Part shown: piece by piece, positions 50,061 through 63,300 of the stretch
How the letters are laid out: each line of letters begins with the position of its first letter
Numbering within the stretch: the first letter of the stretch is position 1
From: Octopus sinensis
Taxonomy: Eukaryota
DNA length: 64,000 nt
Assembly: GCF_006345805.1 (NCBI RefSeq)
Contig: NC_043000.1
Span: forward strand, 14,012,001 to 14,076,000
Reading direction: 5' to 3'
Notes under the pieces: model-generated
Databases searched by the model: none
The model's input: the letters and a program-made list of their open reading frames with translations, nothing else
Told to the model about the DNA's origin: nothing
Position numbers and translations under genes: made by a program

Positions 50061-51507
50061 CACTTCTTGGAACGACTGTATTAAGTGATGTCATATTTTT
50101 GGGAAGAGCTAATAACAGTGATCGTGGTTTTTTTCAGTTTGGAACTCCTTATCCAATTTTTTTGTTTAAGAGAAATTCTATACAAACCTAGTTAAAAATT
50201 TTTTTTTTAATCTCCAGAAACTTGAGTGTGTGTGTGTGCGCCCGCACACACATCTACAAGAATACACGTTAAATCGAATCGATGAATAGAGTTATCTTCC
50301 TTGCAACAGCCAGGGTAGGTAACTCATGTAAAACACAGCTGGTTTACATTTCCTTCTATTTTTATTGCTTTTAGTAGTGGCATAGTTGTTTACTTGAGGC
50401 AATTACAGAGATAATAGAATTAAAATGAACCAGAGGAATTCAAATAGAAGGATCTTTGAAGTGTTAAGATATCCTACTAACACCGCACTAATTTAATCAA
50501 TACAGCCATATGACAACAATAAATGGCCCTACGGACATAAAAAAAAATATATGGTTCAGACAGGGAAGAGGAAATTCCATGACCGTTTGAACGGACTGTT
50601 TGAGGGAAAGAAAACATGATTGTAAGGTTACAGCGGTCGGCAGCAATACATTAATATAATGAGAGCTGGTCTGAATACGTTGCAAAAGAGTGGACTTCAC
50701 AAAAGGAAGTGGTGTTAATCTAGGCAGGGAATTAGATCACCTTAGAATATTTACAGTTATTTCGTTTGGGGATTTGGTTTGCAAGATTCTTTATATGAGT
50801 TCGTGTGTTGAAGCATATTCTATTGTGTCTGGGGAGAGTCATTTTCTTTTTGTACCTTATGATGTAACACATTCACTGGTAAAATTTTCACTTATTTCTT
50901 ATTTTTATTTTCCCGAAATTTTCGTTGCCTCTTGCAACCTTTTCAATAGTCTTGACTGTCCGTTATTTACACTACGTTCCCTTTTGTTTGTTTGTGCACA
51001 TGTGTGGGTCAGTGTGTGTGTGTGTACCTATACATGCATGCAGTTAACACAGCTTACAGTTAATCTGACAAAAACAGCTATGGGCCAGCCTATACAGCCA
51101 CTAAAAGACAACAGTTGTTGTTCAGCCAATATGATCACAAAAAGGCAGCAGCTAATGGTCATCCTGTAGCCTACAAAGAGAACAGCTATAGGCCATCTTG
51201 AACAGTCACATGAAGATAACAGGTTTGTCAGTCTATACAGACACACTAACACAAGAGCTTTGTATCAGCTTATATAAGCCAGACAATAAGTTATGACAGC
51301 TTATATAACCACATATACAGAAAACAATAGTATGAGGTCAACAAGAAAACCTCTGAATGTTTTGTTGTCTCAGGGAACGAATGTCACGTTAAAATATATG
51401 ACTAGAAAAACAAAATGAAATGGTCACAGCTGGATCACCTTTGATAAAGGCTGACCTGGGATAAATAGTTATATAAAAAAAATGATTAAAAAAAAAAATC
51501 TACTTAC

Positions 51508-51633
51508 CCAATAGGAATTTCCACAGCTGGACTTGAGGCACAACTTTCAGCGGAATAACTGCTACGAGATCCATGGGATTCGGTGCTGTCAGAACGTAAC
51601 CTGTGTCCTACATGTGGGTAGTAGTCATAATGA
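51508..51633 (-). CDS. IRS: IRS coding exon (126 nt, phase 2-2), not in the ORF track
   Basis: Acceptor ctttctcttttAG, donor GG|GTAAGT; open frame HYDYYPHVGHRLRSDSTESHGSRSSYSAESCASSPAVEIPI. Confidence 0.85.
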
Positions 51634-51769
51634 CTAAAAGAGAAAGAAGCAATGAGAATTTAACACCGATAAAATGTATGAAAGAAGTTGAGTGATTGTC
51701 TTATACAAAAACCAAGGCTATAATAGAATTTAGCATACATATATATCATCATTTTATATATATATATAA

Positions 51770-52700
51770 AGTTCAGCAAAATTTAGATTCAGATGAATAT
51801 GGTACTTAAGTCAACGGCACCAGAATTTTGTATGGTATTATCCATATAAATCAAACGGGGTGATTATAATCAAAATAAGCAACAAAGATATCCAAGCTAG
51901 TGTAGTACAATTGTTTCATGCTACTTCATTTTATAAGTAAATAAGAAAATAAATATAAGAATGTGCATTGTCAGTTTAATTGAAAAATTCTATATGTGGC
52001 TGAAGATTGCTCGACATTTTAAAACTGATGTAATACTTACAGTGTTTAACCCCTTACCCGGCAGAAACGAATATATGCGTTTTGACCGAAGTCGTTTTTT
52101 TCTATCTCTGGCGAGTTAACTCGTCAAAAGATAGACTCGCCAAAATCGACAGCAAACGAGTTCCTTTGTCTATTATAAACTCTTTTTTGACATATACGAG
52201 TATATTCGCTCACTTTATACGTCTGGCAGAGACGATTTCTGCCACCTTTCGCTTGAGTAAGGCATTGAAGACCGAGTATGATTTAGTCACTTGGAGACAG
52301 TCGAAGGGTTGGAAGGCACATTTTATGAATAGAAGTATTCACTTTGCTTTTACGTAGTTTTTTTTTATACCTTTATATTATAACCCCACCATGTCGATAA
52401 TCAAATAAAATAACATGATTTTTTGTAAAAGTAATATGATTTATGAAAAAAACCGGTTAACTCGTTTCTGCCCAAAGCGGTAATTTAAAATCAATATTAT
52501 TGAATTAAAATTCATAATAAATAAGGTTTGAAATATACCTCGAAATCACCATTCAAAACATAGTAAAATAAAACAATTAAAAAATATGTCTGAAAAAATA
52601 CATTTATTTTCAAAATAATTGTTGGGTAAGGGGTTAATAAAATGAAGTAGCATGAAACAATTGTACTACACTACCTTGGATATCTTTGTTGCTTATTTTG

Positions 52701-52705
<5 letters not shown>
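51770..52705. mobile_element. (TA)n-embedded fold-back element, reverse orientation, split by a TTAA insertion
   Basis: Homologous to 33711-34100; near-perfect inverted arms; right arm interrupted at TTAA 52046-52049. Confidence 0.75.
52050..52633. mobile_element. 584-bp piggyBac-like non-autonomous element nested in the fold-back element
   Basis: TTAA duplicated (52046-49, 52634-37); 10-bp TIR CCCCTTACCC / GGGTAAGGGG; internal inverted GCAGAAACGA / TCGTTTCTGC. Confidence 0.85.
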
Positions 52706-52736
<31 letters not shown>

Positions 52737-53164
52737 AATTTACTTGTGTTATAAACAAGAGCATTGTAAAAGGAAAAAGCTGAAACTAATATTAGGTATC
52801 TGCCTCAACAGTATACATTCCTTATATTTCATATAGGCATGCCACAACAAAAATATATTCCCCAACGAGACTCAGAACAAAGTCTACTCACCTGAAGTAT
52901 AATTTCTTAATCAATGTAGCATGCATTCCATGCATGTATACACGGTCACTCCCAACACAAATTTGTCATTGTCAGCCTCACTTTTGACTACATTGTCATC
53001 TACCTCAATTTTGTTATTGTCACCTTTAAATGACATCACTTAGGGATAGAGCAATTTTTTTTTTATGAACAAACATTAACATGAGTGGTTATCTGTTGCA
53101 GAATTGTAACAAAATGAAATCATCAAAAATTTTTGCATAATAAAAATTATTGTACCTTACATCA

Positions 53165-53420
<256 letters not shown>

Positions 53421-53440
53421 ATATATAAATAGATTGGCCT

Positions 53441-53860
53441 CCGTGCCGGTGGCACGTAAAAAGCACCATCCGTTCGTGGCTGTTGCCAGCCTCGCCTGGC
53501 CCCGTGCCGGTGGCGCGTAAAAAGCACCATCCATTCGTGGCCGTTGCCAGCCTCGCCTGGCCCCCGTACCGGTGGCACGTAAAAAGCACCATCCGATCGT
53601 GGCCGTTGACAGCCTAGCCCGGCCCCCGTGCCGGTGGCACGTAAAAAGCACCATCCGTCCGTGGCCGTCTTCCACCTGTGCGGGTGACACATAAAAAGCA
53701 CCCACTACACTCACGGAGAGGTTGGCATTAAGAAGGGCATCCAGCCGTAGAAACACTGCCAGATCAGACTGGGCCTGATGCAGCCTTCTGGCTTCACAGA
53801 CCCCAGTTGAACCGTCCAACCCATGCTAGCATGGAAAGCAGACGCTAAATGATGATGATG
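53441..53860 (+). mobile_element. SINE-like family D with four tandem 61-62-bp GC-rich units
   Basis: Units start at 53441, 53502, 53564 and 53626 (CCGTGCCGGTGGCACGTAAAAAGCACCATCC...), then the body and (ATG)n tail. Confidence 0.85.
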
Positions 53861-55353
53861 ATATATATATATATATTTAGTAATATATTAGCTGCAAAAC
53901 TACATATTATACAATATGTATGTATATAGCTGTGTAAAGAAGTGCTGATCTAACTGTGGAGGGAACCTGTGGAAGAGGTTAAAGCCAGGAAGACCTGGAA
54001 TGAGGAGGTGAAGTGAGATCTTTGGATGTTGAGTCTCACAGAAGTGATATCTAGTGACCAAGACCTTTGACACTTTGTTGTGCTTGAGAAGACATGCCAA
54101 GCCAAATGAAACTGGAGCCGTGGCTAGTGTCAGCGACATGTAAAAGGCACCCATTATACTCTAAGGGGTGGTTGGCATTAGGAAGGGTATCCAACGATGG
54201 TAACCAAGCCAAAACAGACTGGAGCCTGGTGCAGTTAACTGGCTTACCCATGCTCACATGGAAAACTAAATGATGAGCAATGATGTCTTTTATCATACAA
54301 AACTTGTAAACAAGTACAAAACTTTCTAATATCTACATTCTTTTACAATTATGTATCAAGTAATCACAGACGTTGATGTCTGTTCATAAAAATTCTTACA
54401 GTGATGACATTTAAGTCAACGATGATGAAACCAAAACAGGTGGCAACTGTGACTTAAGGAAACTGAGGCAGACAACAATGGTTGACATTGATAAGATTGG
54501 GGTTTGATATTGACAAATCTGAGTGGGGAAACCCTGTAATCTAAATATCATTATGACATGCCCTATATATATATCAAGCTATTACAATGCAACAAACACC
54601 ACAATATCCAAATTTTATTCAGTATATGTTTACTGTTTGTACTTCCTATGGTTTTTGTTAATGAATTTCCAATAAAATATATTGCATTTGTCATGTACTA
54701 AAATATATGTATTTGCAATACACACATATATATATATATATATAAATTAGAGAAAAAAAAACTAACTATTATGCAATTCAAACAATGATAGAAATTTAAT
54801 ACTAAATTGAATTTTGCCCTGTAAGTTTGGAGTTATACTCCCTAATATTATTATATATATATATAAAATATAAATTAGAGAAAATAAAACTAACTATTAT
54901 GCAATTCAAACAATGATAGAAATTTAATACTAAATTGAATTTTTCCCTGTAAGTTTGGAATTATACTCCCTAATATTATTATATATATATATATATATAT
55001 ATAAAACATACATTTCAAACTATGTACACAGACGTTTTATAGTTCATCATAATTGAGACATTATTTCATTGAGTTGATGATTTTTCTTTGCAAACATATT
55101 CTGGATAATTTTATATGTAGTTTGATGCTTTTTTATCACACATTTTGTGAAGAATCTGTTCCAATCAGATTTCTTTGATCATCATGTTCTATGTACAACA
55201 TCAGATTATACATGCACACACACATAACTTAATTATAGAAGTTAAAGGTATTGAATTTGAGCTTTCCATCATTAGTTTTAACCACTGAACTATGTCATTG
55301 CTTGTGTAATTTTTCTACCACAAAGAAAAAAAATATACATGAATACACAAGAA

Positions 55354-55399
<46 letters not shown>

Positions 55400-56664
55400 T
55401 AAAGAGACATACAGAGATACAGAAAGAGAAAATTGTGCATTTGAATCTCATTGCTATTTAAACTGTGGTGCAATGTTACATTATTAGACAACTATAAATT
55501 TGGTTTCAGATCATATTTAAAGTTTCCATCAGTAATTCTTTAGCTAAAGCCATCATTTCCCTACTGTTTTCTGAGCTAGAACTGAGTTTTTCATCAGAAA
55601 CCATGAGGTGTATGTGCATATGCATGCATGCACCAGAGTGTGTGAGTAGATATGCAAGAGAAAGAAACATTGTATAAGAGTAGATGCATATGCTTGCATG
55701 CGTGTAATAGATTATCATTTTACATCCATTTTCCCATGCTGGTAAGGTTTAGATACGTGTTTTATATCATCCTGCATGCACACAGCAACAGAGATAACAG
55801 ATTGCCTTTGTTGTAGTGCATGTCTGATACTGAAGTGAATTTTTATGTCTCTGGTATGATAGAAGATATCTCATATGGAAGAGCTAAAGGGTCCCCTTCT
55901 TCCCTCCGTTAGTTCTTATTTGATATTAGAGCCCTCTTAGGTGGTTAATCTGTGCTGTGACCACATTCTACTTGTATGTTATCTTTGGCATGGTTGCTAC
56001 AGCTGGATACCCTTCTTATCACAAACCACTTTATATTTTATTTTATGTGTGTATGTGTGTGTGTGTGAGAAAGAGTATGTATGCATGTGAGTGCATGTGC
56101 ATAAAAATGTGTACACACAAGAGTGTGCATATGCGTGTGTGTGTGTGTGTGTGTGTGTGAGTGAGTATTTATTTTCAATCACTTTATGACTGATGGTGTT
56201 GGGAGGGAGTAATTAAGCCTGTGACAATTCTATTGATTACTTAATCACTCAAGAATATTGTGGAGATATTTTTTTAATAGTGCTTACACTATAACTAAAA
56301 GGAGACTATAGGACCGTAACATACAATACTCCTTGCTAACAAAACACTCAACAGTTATATGGTGGTCCCACTTCTAACAGCAGTGCATTCCATATGATAT
56401 GACTATCAATGATCTGTTACTGTTAACAGAATGACTTGAATTGTTATTCTGTTAACAGTAAAACAGAGAAATAGTTAGGGATTCTTTAAGAATGTACATC
56501 GAGATTGGACAGTTATGTTCATTGCTCAGCACACAACACTAATATAGTGGCTGGCTGTATTTGTTGCTAGTAAGGGTTGAACATATAACATTCATGCAGC
56601 CAAGTCAGTAGTCCAGCACCTTAACATCACAGCCAACACACGAAATGTATCATGGCATTTTTAC

Positions 56665-56781
56665 CTGACGGGACTGGAACTGAGAGCAGATGTGCCTCCT
56701 GAAAGGGTGGAAGATTTATAGTACATGCTCTGAGGACGCATCTTCTCGTTGCCAAGAGGAATTATTCGATTTTTTCGAGGA
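56665..56781 (-). CDS. IRS: IRS coding exon (117 nt, phase 2-2), not in the ORF track
   Basis: Acceptor ttctatttcttgcAG, donor AG|GTAAAA; open frame PRKNRIIPLGNEKMRPQSMYYKSSTLSGGTSALSSSPV(S), resembling the SPVS region of IRS proteins. Confidence 0.8.
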
Positions 56782-57836
56782 CTGCAAGAAATAGAACAGT
56801 TTAGCTATTTTATGGCAGCGATTCATCAATGATATAGTTTTCTTTTTAATAAATTAATCAGTGGAGTACATGCAGTCTCCATAAGTTTTGCAGTCATTCT
56901 TAAAAGTGAAATTGATGCAGCCATTGTCTACTCCGAACATCAACAAGGTAACATTTACAGGTAAAGTATATACATGGGTGGAACTAGGGTCAGGTCAGAT
57001 TGCTTCCAACAGAGTTCAGTGTGCTAAAGGTACCCAAGAAGAGGACAGCATGCTAATTCCTATCTCCCTATTGGTTGGTTATATCCTTTCTGGAACATAT
57101 TTGTTTTTATTCTGAATCATTAACAAACCAACTTGAACAACTAAAAGAGGATGTGTAACATATTTGGTGTTGTATTATGGTAGAGTGAAGTTTGGTAATC
57201 TGCCAACCAATAAATACATTCACCTGTTTATCACTAACAGAGGATGTTTTATTAATTAGTAAATAAATAAAGAAACCCTGACTACCAAAATACAGTAGTT
57301 ACAGAACAACAGAAAAGAGAGATAATGAAGGAACTTAATGCACTGTAGTTCCTGGCATTGAAGTGCCAGCCCCTTAAACGAACCCTAATATTGGCTTGAA
57401 ATTTTGAAATAAAAAAAAAAAAAATGTTAAACATAAAAACAAGGTCTCAACATTTTAACAATTTTTGTTTTGTTTTACCAAGACGTTTTTTTTTTCTTTT
57501 TTTTGTGGATTTGTATCTTGTAGATTCTGTTCATCACTTATAGTTTGCAAATTTTCTGTACTTTTACAATATGGAGACCCATTACGTTTGACATTGCTAG
57601 CACTCCTCAGGGAGTAAAATGAAGCCATTGTCCACTAAGATGCACTGAAAAAATTTTTTAAACTTATTGAAAAAACAAAAAAAGAAGAAAGTAGTGTCCT
57701 TGATATCAGGAAATGAAGCACAAATTTAGATATAAATGAAGAGAAAGATAGTTATAAAAAAATAGAAATATAATTATAATAATTCCTCAGTTTTTTTGTT
57801 TTTTTAATATTCTGATTATGTTTTTGTTGTTATTAA

Positions 57837-58057
57837 CCCTTTTGTTACCAACCCGGCTGAAACCGGCTCTGGCTCTTTAGTACAAATGTCTTGTTTTCAT
57901 AAGTTTTGAATTCAACATTTCCACCAAACCTTAGTCACAATTTATGTTCCTAACACCAGCTCAATGATAACGATGTTATTTTACTAAATTCTTTCTTATA
58001 TTTAAAGTAATTGAAAGAAACACAGAGCATCTCAAAATAAATACAGTAATGAAAGGG
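57837..58057. mobile_element. piggyBac-like MITE, family A
   Basis: TTAA|CCCTTTTGTTAC...GTAATGAAAGGG|TTAA, 221 bp. Confidence 0.85.
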
Positions 58058-58886
58058 TTAAAAGGCAACAGACTGACAGATTTGGTAGATCACTAGACAA
58101 AAAAAAACAAAACCTTACAGCATTTAGTTATTTTCTCAATTCAGATCTCACCAGAGTTCACTTTAGTTTTTAATCTTCAAAGATTGATAGAATAATTACC
58201 AACCATTTACTAAGGTTGATGGCACGACACCCAACCCAGAACGTTTCTGTATCTAATGCCAATGTTAGAAAGAAATCTTTATTATTCTAAGAACAGTGAA
58301 TCTGCAGAATTGAAAAAGCATCAGACAAAGTTTTTTCTGGTAAGGAGTTAAGAACCTTTTAAAGATTTGATGGGATCAAGACTTTACCTTTCATTCTTCT
58401 GAGGTTGATAAAATAATAGTAAGTCATGAAAGTTAATCTAAAAATTCATCCCAAAATGTGTGGCCTGTGTTTATCTCCATCACCATTTCAACATCCACTT
58501 TTCTCTGCTCGCATATAGGTCAGAGTTTATCAAGGTAGATTTCTCCAGTTGGATGCCCTTCCTGTTGCCAACCCTCACCTATTTCCAGATAATATTTCCC
58601 CCATGGTTAGACAGGTTTTCAGAGAATATTGGAAATGAATTACATCACCTGCATGACAGCGACAATCCTTTATAACAGACACATGTATTACACATATTTA
58701 TATGCAACGGGCTTTTTTTTGTTTCTGTCGACCAAATCTGCTCATAAGGCTCTTGTCGGCTTGGGGCTTTAGTAGAGTACACTTGCCCAAGGTGCCATGC
58801 AATGGGACTGAATACAGAACCATGTGAAAGGGAACCAAATTTCTGATCCACACAGCCATGCCTGCATCTTAGAAAACATTATTATT

Positions 58887-59330
58887 AAGGTGGCAAGCTG
58901 GCAGAATCGTTAGCACTCTGGATGAATTGCTTAGCGGTATTTCACCTGTCGCTACATTCCGAGTTCAAATTCTGCTGATGTCAACTTTGCCTATCATCCT
59001 TTCGGGGTTGATAAATTAACACTTTCGTTACCAACCCGGCTGAAACCAGCTCTGGCTCTGTAGTACAAATGTTTTGTTTTCATAAGGTTTGAATTAAAAT
59101 CTTCCACCAAACCTTTGTCACAATTTATGTTCCTAACACTAACTTAATGATAACTAAGTTATTTTACTAAATTCTTTGTTATATTTAAAATAATTGAAAA
59201 AAAACACAGAACATCTCAATATAAATACAGTAATGAAAGGGTTAAGTACCAGTGAAACACTGGGGTCGATGTAATTGATTAGTTCCCTCCCACAAAATTC
59301 CACTTTTTGTGCCTATAGTAGAAAGAATTA
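58887..59330 (+). mobile_element. Family-A SINE split by a family-A MITE (59020-59241)
   Basis: SINE core GATAAA-TTAA-GTACCAG is interrupted at its TTAA, which is duplicated (59016-19, 59242-45). Confidence 0.85.
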
Positions 59331-59972
59331 TTATTATTATTATTACTAAGTTTCAAAGACATAGCTTTTAAAGTATCAATAAAAACTGTCTACAGTATCT
59401 ATTCCAGTTCTTTATACATGGAATTCAAATTCCTCTGCAGTCAACTTTGCCTTTCAACCTTTTGGGGTTGATAAAATAAAATGTTTGAAATAGGATCGAT
59501 GATCCTTGCAAAACAGCCTTCAAAAATTGCTGGGCTTGAGCCTTAATTAGAAACAATTATTGATATAAATGGACAGTATGGTTTTTGCAGATTGGCTTAC
59601 TGGAAGAATTTTTTTAGCTGGATACTGAACTAAGAGAGGAAACCTTTATTATTCTAACAGTAAGACGAGCAGAGTTATCTCCCTTGTAAAGGGTATTCTA
59701 TTTGTTTCAGTCAATTTGACTGCGGCCACGCTGGAGCACAGCCTTTAGTCGAACTAATCGACCGCTGAACTTATTCTTTGTAAGCCTAGTACTTATTCTA
59801 TCGGTCGCTTTTGCCGAACTGCTAAGTTACGGGGACGTAAACACACCAACTTCAGTTGTCAAGCGATGGTGGGGGGACAAACAAAGACACAAATACATAC
59901 ATTATATATATATATATATACACACACACCTATATATATATATATATATATATTTATAAAAACACATCTATC

Positions 59973-60010
<38 letters not shown>

Positions 60011-60027
60011 TCCATCCATCCATCCAT

Positions 60028-60060
<33 letters not shown>

Positions 60061-60064
<4 letters not shown>

Positions 60065-60255
60065 GTGTGATGAATTTATGGAATGAAGTTCCAGAAATCT
60101 CATCAATTTTGTTAAGAATGGAGGAAACAAGTTGCAATTTATAAGAAGTTTAAAAATTTACAAAAAGTTTATAAATTTCAACATCTTGTTTCCTCCATTC
60201 TTAACAAAATTGATGGGGTTTATGGAACTTCATTCCATGAATTCATCACACATTA
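60061..60255. repeat. Near-perfect inverted repeat (71-bp arms, 4 mismatches) between TA runs; probable MITE
   Basis: Arms 60061-60131 and 60185-60255 aligned by hand. Confidence 0.9.
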
Positions 60256-60587
60256 TATATAATTACTACTTTCATATCTTGGCAAATTTACACCTGTAAA
60301 CTCCCAGCAAAGTATGAAGAACCAAGTTTAGAAATCTTGTTTGAAAATCTCCATTTGAAGGACAAATCCACATTGAACCTTAATCTTAAACCCCAACACA
60401 ACCCAAATCAGGTCATTTCACAATGTAGACCATAGCACTGGTGGATAGCACTGAAAGATCTGTTTTTCACATTCTTTCTCAGCCTCTCCAGCAACTATAA
60501 AACCTGTCTCCATCGTCACCCAGCAGATCAGAAATTGTCAAATAAAGGATAAAAAAAAAAAGATGTTGACAAAAAAACTAGACTTAC

Positions 60588-60779
60588 CTGAGCTGTTGCC
60601 CTTCACTAACCGTACGGGACCTGTTAAACTGGAACTGATCAGAACTAAACATTGAGATACTTTCTGAGGAATGTTCATTATTACTCCAAGTTGGCATGAC
60701 AACTGTTTTACCAGAACTACTGCTGCTGCGGTTCCGGAAATTTCCACTGTCCGAGCTGCTGATGGGCATCTTCATCTCC
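60588..60779 (-). CDS. IRS: IRS coding exon (192 nt, phase 2-2), end of PTB and Ser-rich linker
   Basis: Acceptor ggtaattgcAG, donor AG|GTAAGT; EMKMPISSSDSGNFRNRSSSSS...FNRSRTVSEG parallels IRS1 EAMRAMSDEFRPRSKSQSSS...RSRTES. Confidence 0.9.
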
Positions 60780-60876
60780 CTGCAATTACCAACCATCAGA
60801 AAATTCAACAGGGTTCATTTAATTAGCAATATGAAAATCTCAATATCAGTTAGTCCTCACTACCTAACTTTAGTTC

Positions 60877-61183
60877 AAAACAGCACAGCTCCCATGACTT
60901 CAGGAAACATTTTTTCACGCTGAGAGTTGCTGAAGCATGGAACAAACTGCCGGCATCAGTTGTTACTTGTCGGAGCACTGTATCCTTCAAAACTTCCATG
61001 CTTCCTGAGATTCGCCAACACTACATTTGATTTTCTCCCCTCCATACACACACAAGCATGTATCTGACTCATACATTGTTCGCTTTCCAGACATTTCTAC
61101 ATTACTGCATGTACTTTATATGCACTTTCTGACAAGTTGTGGTGCACCTGAGCACTGTATACAATAATTTCATTATTATTATT
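60877..61183 (+). mobile_element. CR1 3' fragment, same family as 46725-47256
   Basis: Nearly identical to about 46957-47250, including the 3'UTR and (ATT)n tail. Confidence 0.9.
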
Positions 61184-61650
61184 AAACTGTAACAAGGTAG
61201 AATCGGAGTATGTCAGAAGAAAGAGTCTGGCTACTTTGGTCACTGGGCATAGCTGTACAGATTCAACTCAATCTCTGGAGTACAACTAATTGTTATTTAA
61301 CCACAGGTCAACATCCATTCATGACTATCTTTGATGATTGTGATGAGAGTAAGAAATTTGGCTGCTATTTCTAGCAAGTCAACCGAATTATAGAAACACT
61401 TATTAGCTTGTTGTTTAGCCAAAGGTCATACTTGAGTGCCAAGGTTCTTGATCACAGACACTGCAATCTTAAACATCACATCTTTGTAAAGGTATGTAAT
61501 ACCATATCTTATCTGTTTCCCAACTCAAAATAGTATGGTGTAATATGAGGGAGATTTGGCTACTATTTCTAAAGAGTAGAGCAACGACAGAGGTTCCCTT
61601 GCTGTTTGCATGTTCTTGTTGCAATTGGTAAAAGCTTACAGAACTCAGCG

Positions 61651-61835
61651 CCTAGAGTACAGCTGCACATGGTGAACTGAACCCCTTAGGCACAGCTGTA
61701 CATAACTCTCAACTCCTTGAGTACAGCTGTGTATAACAATTTCAACCTGTAGGGTACAGCTATACTCAGCAATTTTGACCTATAGAGTATAGCTGTACAC
61801 AGCCACCTTGTTTCCTAGAGTACAGCTGACATAGC
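61651..61835. repeat. Degenerate ~33-bp minisatellite, six units, core (A)GAGTACAGCTG
   Basis: Cores at 61660, 61693, 61724, 61757, 61790 and 61823. Confidence 0.7.
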
Positions 61836-61889
61836 CAACTTGGTTGATTGTGGTAACACAAAATATCACAGTTTCTACATCATCAATAT

Positions 61890-62290
61890 CATCATCATTT
61901 AACGTCCACTTTCCCTGCTGGCATGGGTTGGACGATTTGACTGAGGTCTGACGAACCAAATCGCTGCATCAGACTCCAATCAGATCTGGCAGAGTTTCTA
62001 TAACTGGATGCCCTTCCTAACGCCAACCACTCCGAGAGTGTAGTGGGTGCTTTTATGTGCCACCGGCACAAAGGCCAGTCAGGCAGTACTGGCAACAGCC
62101 ACACTCAAATGGTGCTTTTTATGTGCCACCTGCACAGGAGCCAGTCCAGTGACACTGGCAACAACCTCACTTGAATGTTTTTTCATGTGCCACCAGCACA
62201 AGTGCCAGTAAGGCGACGCAGGTAACGATCATGCTCGAATGGTGCTTTTTACATGGCAACGATCACGCTCGGATGGTGCACTTACTGTTC
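61890..62290 (-). mobile_element. SINE-like family D with diverged internal repeats
   Basis: Tail catcatcatttaacgtccactttccc...; repeated ggtgcttttatgtgccacc units. Confidence 0.75.
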
Positions 62291-62506
62291 CACTAGCATG
62301 GATGCCAGTCATCGAAATTGATTTCGATTTCACTTGCCTCAACAGGTCTTCGCAAGCAGAGTTTAGTGTCCAATGAAGGAAAGGTATGCATAAGTGGGCT
62401 AGTTGCACCAGTGGGCTATAAACAATACAACTGGTCTGAGAGAAGATCAAATTGAAATATGATATTCATATAATGTAATTTATCAATGTCAATATATTGT
62501 CAAAGC

Positions 62507-62723
62507 AAGGTGGTGAGCTGGTAGAATCATGAGCACACTAGGCAAAATGCTTAGTGGCATTTTGTCAGCCTGAATGTTCTGAGTTCAAATTCTGCTGAAG
62601 GCATCTTTGCTTTTCATCCATTCAGGGTCAATAAAATAAGTACCAACTGAGCACTGGACTTGATGTAACCAACTTAGACCCAACTCCAAAATTGCTGGCC
62701 TTGTGCCAAAATTTGAAACCAAT
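62507..62723 (+). mobile_element. Family-A SINE
   Basis: aaggtggtgagctggtagaa head, GAGTTCAAATTC B-box, core and tail. Confidence 0.8.
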
Positions 62724-62951
62724 GTACACTCATAGCATTGTATTTATTTGCACAGAATCATACATTTTCCTCCACCAAAACCACTTTGAAGTAGCTTTCA
62801 GTAAGTGTATAGTGAAACTCGAAATTATTTTTCCAAAAAATATACTCATAAAATAGGGGTACCTTTTAATATGCCAGGAAATATGGTATTTTGTTTCTGA
62901 AGACTCAACCAAAATCTTCAGCTTTGAGGGAGTGAAAATGAAAGAACTCAC

Positions 62952-63094
62952 CCTAAAATACAGTCATGCATATTGCGAGCTGTGGCTTGGTCCTCCACCT
63001 GCATCCACAATTCACCATGTCCTGTTGGAGCGAGACGTCCCACTTCCATGAAAAATAAGCAGTCTCGGTGGCCACACCGTCGAATATAACCAAG
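62952..63094 (-). CDS. IRS: IRS coding exon encoding the C-terminal half of the IRS-type PTB domain (143 nt, phase 0-2); coding frame not in the ORF track
   Basis: Acceptor ttttctttcacttcAG, donor GG|GTGAGT; LGYIRRCGHRDCLFFMEVGRLAPTGHGELWMQVEDQATARNMHDCIL aligns to IRS1 [47 protein letters not shown]. Confidence 0.95.
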
Positions 63095-63300
63095 CTGAAG
63101 TGAAAGAAAAGAGAATCAGAAATATTCAATAACTTATTTATATGTTTCTTCCATTTGTGTGGTGATGTGTGGGGTATATATATGTGTGTATACAAGAGTG
63201 CATACAAATGTATGCCCGTTCATGTACGTATATTTGAGCACCTGCATGTATATATGAGCATCTGATTACATGAATGCATGTCAAATATTCTTTTCTACCC

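Noticed and set aside
54380-54545. Possible extra IRS exon after the acceptor-like gatatttAG
   Set aside because: The phase-2 frame hits TAA before any good donor.
55506-55600. Possible extra IRS exon (MVSDEKLSSSSENSREMMALAKELLMETLNMI)
   Set aside because: No convincing acceptor or donor in the required phase 2-2, and it ends in a stop.
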